Positions 1 through 10,419 of a stretch of 32,000 bases of DNA are shown here, in pieces. Positions within the stretch are counted from its first letter, which is position 1; the number at the start of each line of letters is the position of its first letter. Position numbers and translations under genes: made by a program. Under the pieces are notes generated by a model. That model did not search any database, had not been told where the DNA came from, and saw only the letters and a list, made by a program, of their open reading frames with translations. This stretch comes from Sulfolobus virus STSV1, in the sequence record NC_006268.1; one strand, 5' to 3'.

Positions 1-149
1 TTATACCTCCTTTACGCAATGCATATGCTTTTCTCACGTTCAAAAATGGCAAGGTGATAAGGAACGTTTTTCAATGCAAATTTTATTTCCGTTCTGATCA
101 AATTTCAGCGCGAGGCGCCTACATTTGTATTTTTGTATACCCTTTTGTT

Positions 150-980
150 TAAAATTTGGGTTTTAAGGAAAAACTTGACATTAATTTAGGCAAATTTAGA
201 GAAATTGTAATATTAATAATACGCTGAAATTAATTCTCAAGTTTATGAGCGATTTCATAAAGTATCTCATATGTGATATTATTTCTACTACTAATAAAAG
301 TTTTTACTGTATTAACTTTATATAGCCATTTTGAATTTATATGTTATCAATATGTTTTTCCTATTTTTTATCAGTACCTATAAGTTTTTTGAGTTTAGAT
401 AATAAAGTTTTTGTGGCATATAGTTATTTTCACAAATAATGATATATAGTTATTATTGAAAATAAGAATATCAATTATAAAAAGTTTTTGTGATAATTGT
501 TATATCTATTTGATTTTGTAATTATATGGGAATTTGATAATATCATTATTTCTAAAAATAGTTGATATAATAATTTTTACATTTAGTTTTTTAAATGAAA
601 AGTTATAAAATTGTTTTCAAAAATTTTTACATTTAGTTTTTATAGTAATTATTATATCTAGTTTTTATTGTAAATATTGTTTTTATGATATTTTTGTTTT
701 TATAGTAATTACTTTTTATTATAAATATGATAATTATGATATTAACTGACTTGAAAACATATCTCACTTATAATAAAAAATTCAAATTATATAACTTAAG
801 TGAAATTGAAATTAAAATATGTATAAATGGTAAAATTGAATTTTTATAGTATCGATATTAAGTTTTTTATCTTAACTTTTGAGAAAAAGTTTATATCAAC
901 TCAAGTATAAAAACTCAATTTCCATATTTCAAGTTAATAATATAGTTTCAATTTCACATATATTAGATAAATTCAAAAGC
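150..980. repeat. AT-rich non-coding region with direct and inverted repeats (possible replication origin or regulatory region)
   Basis: No ORF of 60 aa or more. Direct repeats: aatttttacatttagttttt (572-591 and 622-641), gtttttatagtaatta (636-651 and 696-711), aaagtttttgtg (404-415 and 481-492). Inverted repeat: gtgaaattgaaa (800-811) with tttcaatttcac (946-957). Confidence 0.5.
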
Positions 981-1323
981 ATAATATTATATGTATATGC
1001 CGCGCCCCCGCCGCCGCACTTATACCATATATAATATGCAGGCCTGCCGCCCCGCCATTATTCATTATTATTATTATATATGCCGCAGACCCGCCGCATT
1101 ATTCATTATTATTATAATTATAAATGAATAACTAATCTACAATATTCATTATATTAATTATAAAATCACATATATGCACTTAATTCTTTTACTTATACTT
1201 TTTTATAACATTATACTGATATAAATAGTTTATAATATCACTTATTCTATAATGTTAAATAAAAATTCAAATCTAGTATTGATTTTAACCCCCTTATTTC
1301 TTTTAATTACTCTAATGATAATC

Positions 1324-1388
1324 ACGTAAATTTTAGGCATATAATACCGTTAATCATTAACAAAAGATTTAAATACCCCTTTTTACAA
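1324..1388 (+). promoter_or_regulatory. Class I promoter cassette (ATAATACCGTTA box plus AAAGATTTAAATAC TATA/BRE)
   Basis: acgtaaattttaggcatATAATACCGTTA...aaagatTTAAATAc, also found upstream of about 10 further genes. Confidence 0.7.
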
Positions 1389-1411
1389 ATATGTATTAGG
1401 TGAAATCGGGT

Positions 1412-2278
1412 ATGGCTCAGACCTTAATTAAAACCCCCGCCGCAAAAAAGAAGGGGGATAAAATTGAAAAACAATATATAAAACTTTACAAATTACTAAA
1501 GCAGGTAAAAGGCGAGGTCGAAAATTTAATATTATCGAAAGCAAATAAAACTAGAGATGCGAAAACGCAAGAATATCTCGATTATAATGTAAACTATGTA
1601 AATAACTGGATCAGAGTTTATATGAAAGATTTACGCGAATATCTTAAGGAGGATGAGGCCGATAGAGTGCCCGAAATCATAATACATTTAGTTTATCCCG
1701 CGCGAATACATGCAGGCCTTATATTATATGCTATGTTAAGCGGAAAAGATATAAATAAAGTAATGCCAAAACTAACCGAGCTTAAAATAAATGGTTATAA
1801 AGCGGCAACCTATATTTATAATAAAAATAAAGTAGATATTAATTTAATAAACAAAATACTAAAAGAAAACGCAGAAATAAAATTCAATAATGCTCTTGAA
1901 ATATTATCAAAAATTGAAAAAGAAACTAAAATAATGATCGAATTTAGATTAGTAAAGGATGAAAAAGCGAAATCGTTTTTGTATGTTTTACTTGATTTAG
2001 CTAAAATTCTAATGAAAAAAATACAAAACGAACGGGAAAACATAAATACTATAAACATAACAAACGCTAGCGATATAATATTATATCTAAAACATTATTC
2101 ACAATTATTGATAGATATTGAATTATTTACACACCTCGCGAATGCAATTGATGAAATAGAAAAAGATTTACGAATTTTAGAATTATACAGAAGTGATAAA
2201 ATAGAAGAAAGCATGATAGGGCTTATATACGCGATTGATATACCGCGCCTGAGAGAATATCAAGAAGAAGAAGACTAA
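1412..2278 (+). CDS. All-helical paralogous family protein, group A
   Basis: ORF. The track start at 1400 is a GTG inside the GGTGA ribosome site; the ATG at 1412 (MAQTLIKTP) sits 8 nt after GGTGA. Shares the '..ARIHAGLILYAMLS..' region with the ORFs at 6271 and 8405. Confidence 0.8.
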   Translation: MAQTLIKTPAAKKKGDKIEKQYIKLYKLLKQVKGEVENLILSKANKTRDAKTQEYLDYNVNYVNNWIRVYMKDLREYLKEDEADRVPEIIIHLVYPARIHAGLILYAMLSGKDINKVMPKLTELKINGYKAATYIYNKNKVDINLINKILKENAEIKFNNALEILSKIEKETKIMIEFRLVKDEKAKSFLYVLLDLAKILMKKIQNERENINTINITNASDIILYLKHYSQLLIDIELFTHLANAIDEIEKDLRILELYRSDKIEESMIGLIYAIDIPRLREYQEEED

Positions 2279-2378
2279 TTATTATATCTTATTTTTTATT
2301 ATACTTCTAGTTTAGTAAAATTATTTTTTTATGTATACTACTTTTTAGGGCGCATTTATTATTAATGCCGCAGGCCGA

Positions 2379-2404
2379 TTATACATATTATATAATATGT
2401 ATAA
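2379..2404. repeat. 26 bp perfect palindrome TTATACATATTATATAATATGTATAA
   Basis: Read directly; its reverse complement is identical. Confidence 0.9.
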
Positions 2405-2455
2405 CTGCCGCCGCACCCGCATATACCATATATAATATATGAATAAGCCGCAGGC

Positions 2456-2660
2456 CTGCGGCAAAATCAGGCCGCACCAATACCATATATTATATTATAT
2501 ATGGTTTAATACGTTAATCCCCCCGATGTTTATACTTTTGTTTTTAATTTAAGTATAACGTTATTACTACTTATACTTTTTGACTTTTACTTTTCCACAC
2601 ACACAAAATTATTTCTAAATTAGTAATGTAATACCGCCCTTAATTTAGGGCGGGGTTCTC
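2456..2660. repeat. About 200 bp non-coding direct repeat, copy 1
   Basis: ctgcggcaaaatcag...taccatatattatattatatatggtttaatacgttaatccccccgatgtttatacttttg... is nearly identical to 4915-5120. Confidence 0.85.
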
Positions 2661-2757
2661 ACTTAAAATGCCTTAATTTCACGGCTATAATACCGTTAAC
2701 ACTGAGAGAAAGATTTAAATATATAATTAACAAATATGGTATTAGGTGAACCGGGAA

Positions 2758-3039
2758 ATGGCCTGGTACATATATTTCGACGGTGATGATAACGATGATA
2801 TAACACAAACTCTAGCGTATGATTATATTAGCGAACTAATAGATACTACTTTTACGCTATGTAACAATTTTGAACAAATAGATGATAAAAAGTTTAATAT
2901 ATGTTTTAGAATATTAACAAAAATTGTAATATTAAGTAAATTAAGCGACCCTGAAAGCGGATTAGAAGAATTAGAAAAATTAACTAAAGAATTAAATATT
3001 GATAATGATTTGAAAGAATTAATAAAAATAAAACAATAA
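2758..3039 (+). CDS. Small acidic helical protein of unknown function
   Basis: ORF with class I promoter (TATA aaagatttaaatat) and GGTGA. True start ATG probably at 2758 (MAWYIYFDGDDN), not the GTG at 2746. Confidence 0.7.
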   Translation: MAWYIYFDGDDNDDITQTLAYDYISELIDTTFTLCNNFEQIDDKKFNICFRILTKIVILSKLSDPESGLEELEKLTKELNIDNDLKELIKIKQ

Positions 3040-3097
3040 TAAAAAGTTTTTTATTTAAATAATTTTTATTTTAAGTTTATATTTGTTTTTTCCGCTT

Positions 3098-3640
3098 ATT
3101 TTTGCCGCACCTATGCCGCCTATACATTATAATTAATATGTTATAACCGCGGCCGGCCTGCCGCCTTTATACCATATTTAATAATATGTATAAGGCATAA
3201 TGGCAGTGCGGCAGTATATACGTTATAATGTATATGCAGGCCAGTATATACATTATAATTAATATGGTATTAGTGCGGCAGTATAATGCCGGGGCGGCAT
3301 AGGTGCGGCAGCAGGCCGGCTTATTATAATAATACCCGCGGCCTGCGGCATAAGGCCGGCTTATTCATATATTATTAATATATGAATATACGGAGGTGCG
3401 GCATATCATTATAAGGTATAACTGCCGCGCCCCGGCATTATGCCGCCATTATAATATAACTGCCGCGCCGCCCTTATGCCGCCCCATATTTATGCCGCAG
3501 GTCTATTATACCATATATTATATATGATATACTGCCGCCGCGCCTATGCCGCACCGCCGTATATGCCTTATAATAATATGAATAAGCCGCACCTATGCCG
3601 CCGCATTTATGCCGCATCATTACTATTATACCTTAATGCT
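3098..3640. repeat. Large GC/TATA mosaic spacer (TGCCGC, GCGGCA, GCAGGCCTGC, tatattataatatgta modules)
   Basis: Visible alternation of short GC palindromes and AT palindromes. Small ORF 3476-3658 is a low-complexity translation of it. Confidence 0.75.
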
Positions 3641-3690
3641 TATACTTTTGTAAACTAGTAAAAGTAAAATACCTTAATACTTATACTTTT

Positions 3691-3800
3691 CTAGGTCATA
3701 ATACCGGACGGCTTTTAGGGAGGGGGTTCTACCCTTTTATGACGTTAATTTACGTCTATAATACCGTTAAAAAGGACCGAAAAATTTTTAAGTATAAAGT
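3691..3800 (+). promoter_or_regulatory. Class I promoter cassette
   Basis: ctaggtCATAATACCGgacggcttttagggagggggttct...gtctATAATACCGttaaaaaggaccgaaaaatttttaag. Confidence 0.75.
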
Positions 3801-3828
3801 GAGAATAGATAAATGGGTGAAATCAGAT

Positions 3829-4644
3829 ATGACCCAGGCCACGCAACAAGTAGTTAAGTTATATAAAAATGTTTTTTTAGATTTAGTCAATAAAATTGAA
3901 AAAAATGAAAAAGAAATACAAGAAATTGTAAACGTAAAATTAACACAATATAAAAATGCTGATGACAATATACAAAAAATACTAAAAACACAATTAAATA
4001 CAATTATGGGGGAAGGTGAAGAGATAATATATACAATTAATACTTTTAAAAAGAATAAAGATAGTAATTACATTTATAACTTTTATGTTAGCGCATCCGC
4101 AACGCTGCGCGCTTATTTAATATACAAAACGTTAAGCGCTAACACGGATGAAAAACTAGAAAATGCAATAAATACTAGATTACAATTATTGACTGACTTT
4201 TCGAAACTATTTTTACAATATTTAATTAAGGTGAAAAATATTACAATAAACGATGTTTACAATAACATAAACAATAAGCTAGATAGGGCTATAAATAAAG
4301 CAACAAAGCTTTTGAATGAAATTCCAAATTTACTAAATAAACTAAAAAACAGTAAAGATACAAATAATGTAAATTTAGCATATGCTAACCTGCTGCATAA
4401 AGCGCAAGATGTATTAAAACAAAAAATTGAGCAATTTAATAAAAATGAAATAAAAGATATAATAGAATACTTAATTGAATTTAATGCTTATGTAAATTTA
4501 GTAAACATAATTACATATAATATTGTAGAAATTGGAGAACAAAAGTTTACGAACGATACAGTAGAAAGCGCTAAGCAAGCTAACAATTTCTCATTTACTT
4601 TAAGTAGAGAATTACTAGATATAGTATTACTATTAACGTTATAA
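3829..4644 (+). CDS. All-helical paralogous family protein, group A
   Basis: ORF. The track start at 3739 reads through the promoter; the ATG at 3829 (MTQATQQ) follows GGGTGA. Confidence 0.8.
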   Translation: MTQATQQVVKLYKNVFLDLVNKIEKNEKEIQEIVNVKLTQYKNADDNIQKILKTQLNTIMGEGEEIIYTINTFKKNKDSNYIYNFYVSASATLRAYLIYKTLSANTDEKLENAINTRLQLLTDFSKLFLQYLIKVKNITINDVYNNINNKLDRAINKATKLLNEIPNLLNKLKNSKDTNNVNLAYANLLHKAQDVLKQKIEQFNKNEIKDIIEYLIEFNAYVNLVNIITYNIVEIGEQKFTNDTVESAKQANNFSFTLSRELLDIVLLLTL

Positions 4645-4914
4645 CGTTTTTTTATAACTACTTTTTTACTTTACTTTTTCCATTTACATTATAACATAAT
4701 GTATTAGTACTTATATGTTATAATGAATATGCCGCACCCCGCTGCCGCACGGCCTGCTGCCGCCATTATAATATAATATAACTGCCGCACCGGCATTATG
4801 CCGCAGGCCTGCCGCCGGTATACATTATTAATATAATATGTATGCCGGCCTGCTGCCGCACCTTTATGTCGCCTAATACCTTTACCATATATTATATATT
4901 ATGGTATAATCGGC

Positions 4915-5120
4915 CTGCGGCAAAATCAGACCGCACTTATACCATATATTATATTATATATGGTTTAATACGTTAATCCCCCCGATGTTTATACTTTTGT
5001 TTTTAATTTAAGTATAACGTTATTACTACTTATATTTTTTGACTTTTACTTTTCCCCACACATTAAATTATTTCTAAATTAGTAATGTAATACTCCCCTT
5101 ATTTAGGGCCGGGGTTCTCA
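4915..5120. repeat. About 200 bp non-coding direct repeat, copy 2
   Basis: Near identical to 2456-2660. Confidence 0.85.
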
Positions 5121-5216
5121 CTCAAAATCACGTTAATTTACGGCTATAATACCGTTAAAAAGGACAGAAAGATTTAAATACTTAAAAAACAAATATATAA
5201 TTAGGTGAAATGAAAA

Positions 5217-5648
5217 ATGGCTGAACCCGTGACTCAGACCCCCGCTCAGGGGGTAAATGAACAAGATATACAATTAATAACAAAAAAGTTAGCTTACATA
5301 GCTATACAATTCCAAAAAACAGCGGAAAGAATATGGGGCGACTTTGCGCGATGCGACGACGAAGGGTGTAGAAAACTCAGACGTGAACTTGACCTAGCAA
5401 GAGACTACTTGCCTGAAATAATATGGAGGGCGAGAAAGGCGGTGATCAGATTAACAGACCCTAACTCAACTCAGGGCCAGAGAGAATATGCGGAAGCGAA
5501 CTTACCTGAGCTATTAGCAAAATTTGACAGAATATTTAAAATATTACTAGATAATTGCATTAGGGAAGAACGTAAACAAAAATATTTACAATTAGCGGAA
5601 GAATTTCATAAAGCAAAAGAAATGATTAAAAAAACTGTGTTAAGTTAA
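5217..5648 (+). CDS. Short helical paralogous protein, group B
   Basis: MAEPVTQTPAQGVNEQDIQLITKKLAYIAIQFQK... shares both ends with the ORFs at 7521 and 9976 (..EEFxKxKEMIxKTVL). Confidence 0.85.
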   Translation: MAEPVTQTPAQGVNEQDIQLITKKLAYIAIQFQKTAERIWGDFARCDDEGCRKLRRELDLARDYLPEIIWRARKAVIRLTDPNSTQGQREYAEANLPELLAKFDRIFKILLDNCIREERKQKYLQLAEEFHKAKEMIKKTVLS

Positions 5649-5729
5649 TTTTTTGTTTTTGAAAAATTATTTTTTATATATACTACTTTTACACTTTTTT
5701 CTAATCGTTTTTAATTATTTTATAATGTT

Positions 5730-6090
5730 ATATATGCCAGGCCGACATATACATAATTATATGTATATGCCGCACGGCCTGCTGCCGCACCAATACCATT
5801 ATTAATATATGGTATAACTGCCGCCGCGCCCGGCCTGCATATACATTATATAATAAGGTATAACTGCCGCCATTACACTGCTGCCGCACTACCCTTATAC
5901 TGCCGCACCTTATGCCATATTATATAATATGTATATGCCGCACCCCCATTAAACTATTATAATGTATATGCCGCCATATGCCGCAGGCCTGCGGCATATA
6001 TAATATATGTATATGCCGCACCCCCGGCCTGCTGCCGCACCAATACCATATTATATTATATGCCACCGCCCCGCCATTATACTTATACTT
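5730..6090. repeat. GC/TATA mosaic spacer
   Basis: Repeated tgccgcac, gcaggcctgcggc and tatataatatgtat modules. Confidence 0.7.
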
Positions 6091-6129
6091 TTGTAAACTA
6101 GTAAAAGCAAAACGCCTATTACTTATACT

Positions 6130-6236
6130 TTTCTAGGTCATAATACCGGACGATATTTAGGGTGGGGGTTCTGCCCTTAAACGCCGTAAATTTAGGGCTA
6201 TAATACCGTAGTGATCAAGAGAAAAATTTATAAGCA
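6130..6236 (+). promoter_or_regulatory. Class I promoter cassette
   Basis: ctaggtcataataccggacgatatttagggtgggggttct...gggctataataccgta...aaaaatttataag. Confidence 0.75.
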
Positions 6237-6270
6237 TAAAGTGAGAATAGATAAATGGGTGAAACAGAAT

Positions 6271-7194
6271 ATGTTTGAATCCCTATTCCAAATTCGTAAA
6301 AAAATAAGCGGGGAAATTGATGAACAACATATAAAAATTTACAAGCTTGTAAAGCAAGTAAATGAAGCTGTAACACAGATATTAAATGAAAAAATAAAAA
6401 TTAGTAAAGATTTAGCAAGAATAGTTGAGACAAATGTAGAAGATTTGAAAGATTTAGTTGACAAATACTTAACAATGATACGAGATCATGTTGACGCAGA
6501 CTTTTGCAACTTTTGCGACTGGATAGATCCTGATAAGCATTTATTATACCTGACACACATAGAGGCAGGGCTAAAAATTTACGGTTTTTTAACTAAAAAT
6601 GATATACTAAAAGCAATACTAAAAATTTACAAGCTTGAAGATGAAATATACAAAACGACAGGCTTAATGTATATTCTAGTTGACAGCGCGGAAAACGACA
6701 GATTAAAAATAATACAAAAAATAATTAATGATGACAGAAAGTATGTTAACAAAGCTATTAATAACATTAAGACAATATTAAGCAGATTAGAAAATGTAGA
6801 CATAAGTGATAAAACGATAAAAATGCTTATTAACAATATAATTGAAGAAGCTAAAAAGTTACAAGAAGAATTAGAAAAATTCAAGAGTGAAAAAATAGAA
6901 ATAACAAGCATTAATGATATAGTAATGTTCATTAAGAAGATTAGCAGGCTTTTAGAACAAAGCGCATTAGTTGCGATGTTAATTGAGCTAATTTATGCAA
7001 AAGATGAGCAGGTGCATGAAAAGCTAAGTATACAATACTTAGCTGATCAGGCCTATGAAAGTTTACTATTAATAGTTGAAGACTTACGAGGCGAATATAT
7101 TACACGCTATGAACGCGTTATAGAAATTTGTGCAAACGAAAAGCTTGCAAAATATCATACCCTGGAATGTAGAGAGATAAATGAAACAGAATAA
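6271..7194 (+). CDS. All-helical paralogous family protein, group A
   Basis: ORF. ATG at 6271 follows GGGTGA; the GTG start at 6211 would lie in the promoter. '..DKHLLYLTHIEAGLKIYGFLTKND..' matches the ORF at 8405. Confidence 0.85.
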   Translation: MFESLFQIRKKISGEIDEQHIKIYKLVKQVNEAVTQILNEKIKISKDLARIVETNVEDLKDLVDKYLTMIRDHVDADFCNFCDWIDPDKHLLYLTHIEAGLKIYGFLTKNDILKAILKIYKLEDEIYKTTGLMYILVDSAENDRLKIIQKIINDDRKYVNKAINNIKTILSRLENVDISDKTIKMLINNIIEEAKKLQEELEKFKSEKIEITSINDIVMFIKKISRLLEQSALVAMLIELIYAKDEQVHEKLSIQYLADQAYESLLLIVEDLRGEYITRYERVIEICANEKLAKYHTLECREINETE

Positions 7195-7520
7195 GTCGTA
7201 TATTAAAAAGTTTTTTATATAAGATATTACTTTTTGTTATATAACTATTTACATTATTATATTATGTATTAGTGCCGCGCCTTATGCCGCACCGCCATTA
7301 TACCATATTAATTATATAATGAATATGCCGCCGCACCATTATACCATATTATAATTAAAATGATAAATAAAAACTCAAATTTACTATCCCTTAATTCCCT
7401 TAATTTTTACCTAAATATCCGTTATTTTAGTAACGTTAATTTAAGGGCTATAATACCGTTAAGAAGGACCAAAAGCTTTAAATACTGAAAAAACAAATAT
7501 AATAGTAGGTGAAATCGAGT

Positions 7521-7970
7521 ATGGTCGAAAACATAAGTCAAACCCCTAACTCGGGGGTAAATGAACAAGATATACAATTAATAACAAAAAAGTTAGCCTA
7601 TATAGCTATTCAATTTAAAAAAATTTTAGAGGGAATGGAATTTTCAAGGCCGCGCTCAAAATGGGAATCTGATTTCAAACTTGAAATGAGATCTTTGTAT
7701 GATTTAATAATACCAGAAATCTGGTATGTACGAAAGCTTGTGAAAGAAGTTTATGATCCTGAAGTAGATGATGATAAAAGGGAAGGCATTAAACACAGAA
7801 TAAAAGGTATGATTGAATTATTAGAAGACAACTTTAATCAATTACTTGAATGTAATAGAGATTTAATTCTCCGTTTTGAGGCAGACGATAAACGGAGAGA
7901 GAAATATCTGAAATTAATTGAAGAATTCAATAAAGTTAAAGAAATGATTGAAAAAACTGTTTTAAGCTAA
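7521..7970 (+). CDS. Short helical paralogous protein, group B
   Basis: MVENISQTPNSGVNEQDIQLITKKLAYIAIQFKK..., a clear paralog of 5217-5648. Confidence 0.85.
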   Translation: MVENISQTPNSGVNEQDIQLITKKLAYIAIQFKKILEGMEFSRPRSKWESDFKLEMRSLYDLIIPEIWYVRKLVKEVYDPEVDDDKREGIKHRIKGMIELLEDNFNQLLECNRDLILRFEADDKRREKYLKLIEEFNKVKEMIEKTVLS

Positions 7971-8267
7971 TTTTTTGTTTTTGAAAAAGAATTGTTTTTT
8001 ATATATACTACTTTTTCCACGTTTATTATTGCCGCAAGCCTGTGGCGTATTATATAATGTATAGCTACTGCCGCATCATTATACCATATAATATTATGTC
8101 GCCGCACACATATTATAATGATATTATGCTGCACCGCGTTTATGCTACAAGCCTGCCATGATACCTTAATAATTATAAAATAATATGGTATAATGCGCTT
8201 AATCCCCCTTATGTTTATACTTTTCTAAACTAGTATAAGCCTAACGTTATGTTAATTTATACTTTTC

Positions 8268-8370
8268 TAGATCATAATACCGGACGGCTTTTAGGGCCGG
8301 GGTTCTACCCTTAAACGCCGTAAATTTAGGGCTATAATATCGTAGGTGTTGAGAGAAAAATTTATAAGTA
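8268..8370 (+). promoter_or_regulatory. Class I promoter cassette
   Basis: ctagatcataataccggacggcttttagggccggggttct...gggctataatatcgta...aaaaatttataag. Confidence 0.75.
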
Positions 8371-8404
8371 TAAAGTGAGAATATGATATTGGGTGAAATC
8401 GGGT

Positions 8405-9319
8405 ATGACTCAACCCTTAAATCAACCCCTAGATGAGGGGGCAATTGAAAAACAATACATGTATTTTTTTGAGCTTGGAAATCAATTAAGAGAAGTAGTA
8501 GAACAAACACTAAGTGTAAAGACAGGAACTAATAAAAGTTTAGAAAAAGCCATAACTCATAACATAAAACTCATAAAAAGTCTAATAAAGGATTATCAAA
8601 TGGCATTGAAAGATAAGGAAGGAAAATATGACTTCTGGGGCTGGATAGAACCTGACAGGCATTTGGAATATCTAGCACGCATAAATGCCGCGCTTAAAAT
8701 CTATACGATGTTAACAAGCGATAATGCGGCACAAGTAAGGCAGAAATTAAACGAGTTAGAAGGTGAAGTATACAGCACACTAAATTTAATCTACAACACA
8801 ATTGTTAACGAGAAGAAAGACAGAATAAACATTATACAAAAAATAATTAGCAAAAAAGCAAAAGCGCATGTGAAAGAGGCCCTAATTGAAAATAATACAA
8901 CAATATGCAAACTAAAAGTTGTAAGCGCAAATGTGCAAGACGAAACGATAAAAATGCTACTTAACATTGCATTTGAAGATGCTAAAAATCTAGAACAAGA
9001 ATTAATAAACTTTAGAAATGAAAAAATAGAAATAACCAGTGTTAACGATGTAATGACCTTTTTGAAGAAGATAGGCAAATTACTAGAACTAAGCGCAGTA
9101 ATTATAATAATAGGCTGGCTGCTTGAAGATGTTGATGAGGATTTTGCGGCAGAGACAGATTTAGAGTCTTTAGCTGGCTTTACAGATGTTAAATTACTAC
9201 TATTGGCTGAAGACTTGCGGGGGAGAGAAATAGATAATTACGAATGGTTTATGAGAACTTGCGCAGATGAGGAGCTTTCAAAAATTTATGTGAATGAATG
9301 CAAAAGCCTAAACAGTTGA
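8405..9319 (+). CDS. All-helical paralogous family protein, group A
   Basis: MTQPLNQPLDEGAIEKQYMYF...; closest visible relative is 6271-7194 (KxxxEKIEITSxNDxxxFxKKIxxLLExSA). Confidence 0.85.
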   Translation: MTQPLNQPLDEGAIEKQYMYFFELGNQLREVVEQTLSVKTGTNKSLEKAITHNIKLIKSLIKDYQMALKDKEGKYDFWGWIEPDRHLEYLARINAALKIYTMLTSDNAAQVRQKLNELEGEVYSTLNLIYNTIVNEKKDRINIIQKIISKKAKAHVKEALIENNTTICKLKVVSANVQDETIKMLLNIAFEDAKNLEQELINFRNEKIEITSVNDVMTFLKKIGKLLELSAVIIIIGWLLEDVDEDFAAETDLESLAGFTDVKLLLLAEDLRGREIDNYEWFMRTCADEELSKIYVNECKSLNS

Positions 9320-9326
9320 GGTGAGA

Positions 9327-9815
9327 ATGATGGAGGATAAACTACATGCGACTTTAGCAACAGGCATGCTAACATTGCTTAACGCAACGTTTATAGGTAT
9401 GCCTGATGCCCTATTTTTAGGTGCGATAACTGCGATAATGGCAAATGTATTAATTGATGGATTTGGGACAGAGAGAATTGACGAAAATAACTATTACACT
9501 ACGCCTGAAACACACACAATACCGCATGCGACGCTTTTAGGAGTAGTAACGGGCTTAGTTAGCGCAATACTAATAAATATGCTAACGGGCTTAGCATTTT
9601 TAAGCATTATACCTTTAGCATTGATGGGCGGAGTTATTGCTGCATTACTTCACCTGGCATTAGATGTTTTGACTGGCGATGCAATATATATTAAGCATAA
9701 CGGAAAGTGGCAAAAAATTACACTAGTAAAGGAAAAAATACAGAGTATACGCGGGGCGATAATATTAATTTCGCTTTTCATGCTATTAGTGGCGTTTAAG
9801 ATATATAGTATTTAA
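9327..9815 (+). CDS. Integral membrane protein, possibly DUF1286-like
   Basis: Several hydrophobic segments; HATLATGMLTLLN, LIDGFGTE, ETHTIPHATLLG and HLALDVLTGD resemble the small membrane-protein family seen in crenarchaeal plasmids and viruses. Family name is from memory. Confidence 0.55.
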   Translation: MMEDKLHATLATGMLTLLNATFIGMPDALFLGAITAIMANVLIDGFGTERIDENNYYTTPETHTIPHATLLGVVTGLVSAILINMLTGLAFLSIIPLALMGGVIAALLHLALDVLTGDAIYIKHNGKWQKITLVKEKIQSIRGAIILISLFMLLVAFKIYSI

Positions 9816-9975
9816 GTTATTTTTTAATGAGAGATATTTGGAATCATAATACCTGACGACTTTTTGACTGGATTTCTATTATTAAACGCCGTTAATTCAC
9901 GTCTATAATACCGTTAAAAAGGACCGAAAGCTTTAAATACTTAAAAAACAAATATGATATTAGGTGAAATGAAAA

Positions 9976-10419
9976 ATGGCCGAACCCGTTACTCAGACCC
10001 CCAACGCGGGGATAAACGAAAAAGAACAAACTATACAATTAATCTTGAAAAAGTTAGCTTACATAGCTATACAATTTCAAAAAATTGACGACCGTGAAAT
10101 TTTTAGAGATTATTTTTACAATTGTGAAACTGAAGAAGAATGTCAACATGCAAAATGGGAGTATGAATTTATCCGTGATGTGCCCGAAATGGTATGGAAA
10201 GTAAGAAGGGCTGTTATGAAATTAGTAGACCCACGGAGTACAAAAAGGCAAAAAGAATACGCAGAAGGAACTTTAGAGGATCTTCTCGAAGTAATTCCGC
10301 GCTTTGTCGGAAGGTTGGCGGGCTGGTGCATTAATGAAAAGCGTAGAGAAAAATATCTAAAGCTAATTGAAGAATTCAATAAAGTTAAAGAAATGATTGA
10401 AAAAACTGTTTTAAATTAA
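9976..10419 (+). CDS. Short helical paralogous protein, group B
   Basis: MAEPVTQTPNAGINEKEQTIQLILKKLAYIAIQFQK..EEFNKVKEMIEKTVLN. Confidence 0.85.
   Translation: MAEPVTQTPNAGINEKEQTIQLILKKLAYIAIQFQKIDDREIFRDYFYNCETEEECQHAKWEYEFIRDVPEMVWKVRRAVMKLVDPRSTKRQKEYAEGTLEDLLEVIPRFVGRLAGWCINEKRREKYLKLIEEFNKVKEMIEKTVLN

Noticed and set aside
3476-3658. 60 aa + strand ORF MPPHIYAAGLLYHILYMIYCRRAYAAPPY...
   Set aside because: Translation of the TGCCGC/TATA mosaic spacer; low complexity, no promoter or ribosome site.
3739-3828. N-terminal extension MTLIYVYNTVKKDRKIFKYKVRIDKWVKSD, also present before 6271
   Set aside because: Apparent protein conservation is the translated class I promoter/leader; GGGTGA and ATG follow it.
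976-8180. CRISPR array hypothesis for the repetitive spacers
   Set aside because: No fixed-length repeat alternating with unique spacers; modules are irregular short palindromes.
8247-8510. 87 aa + strand ORF
   Set aside because: Lies across a class I promoter cassette and the start of the group A gene in another frame.
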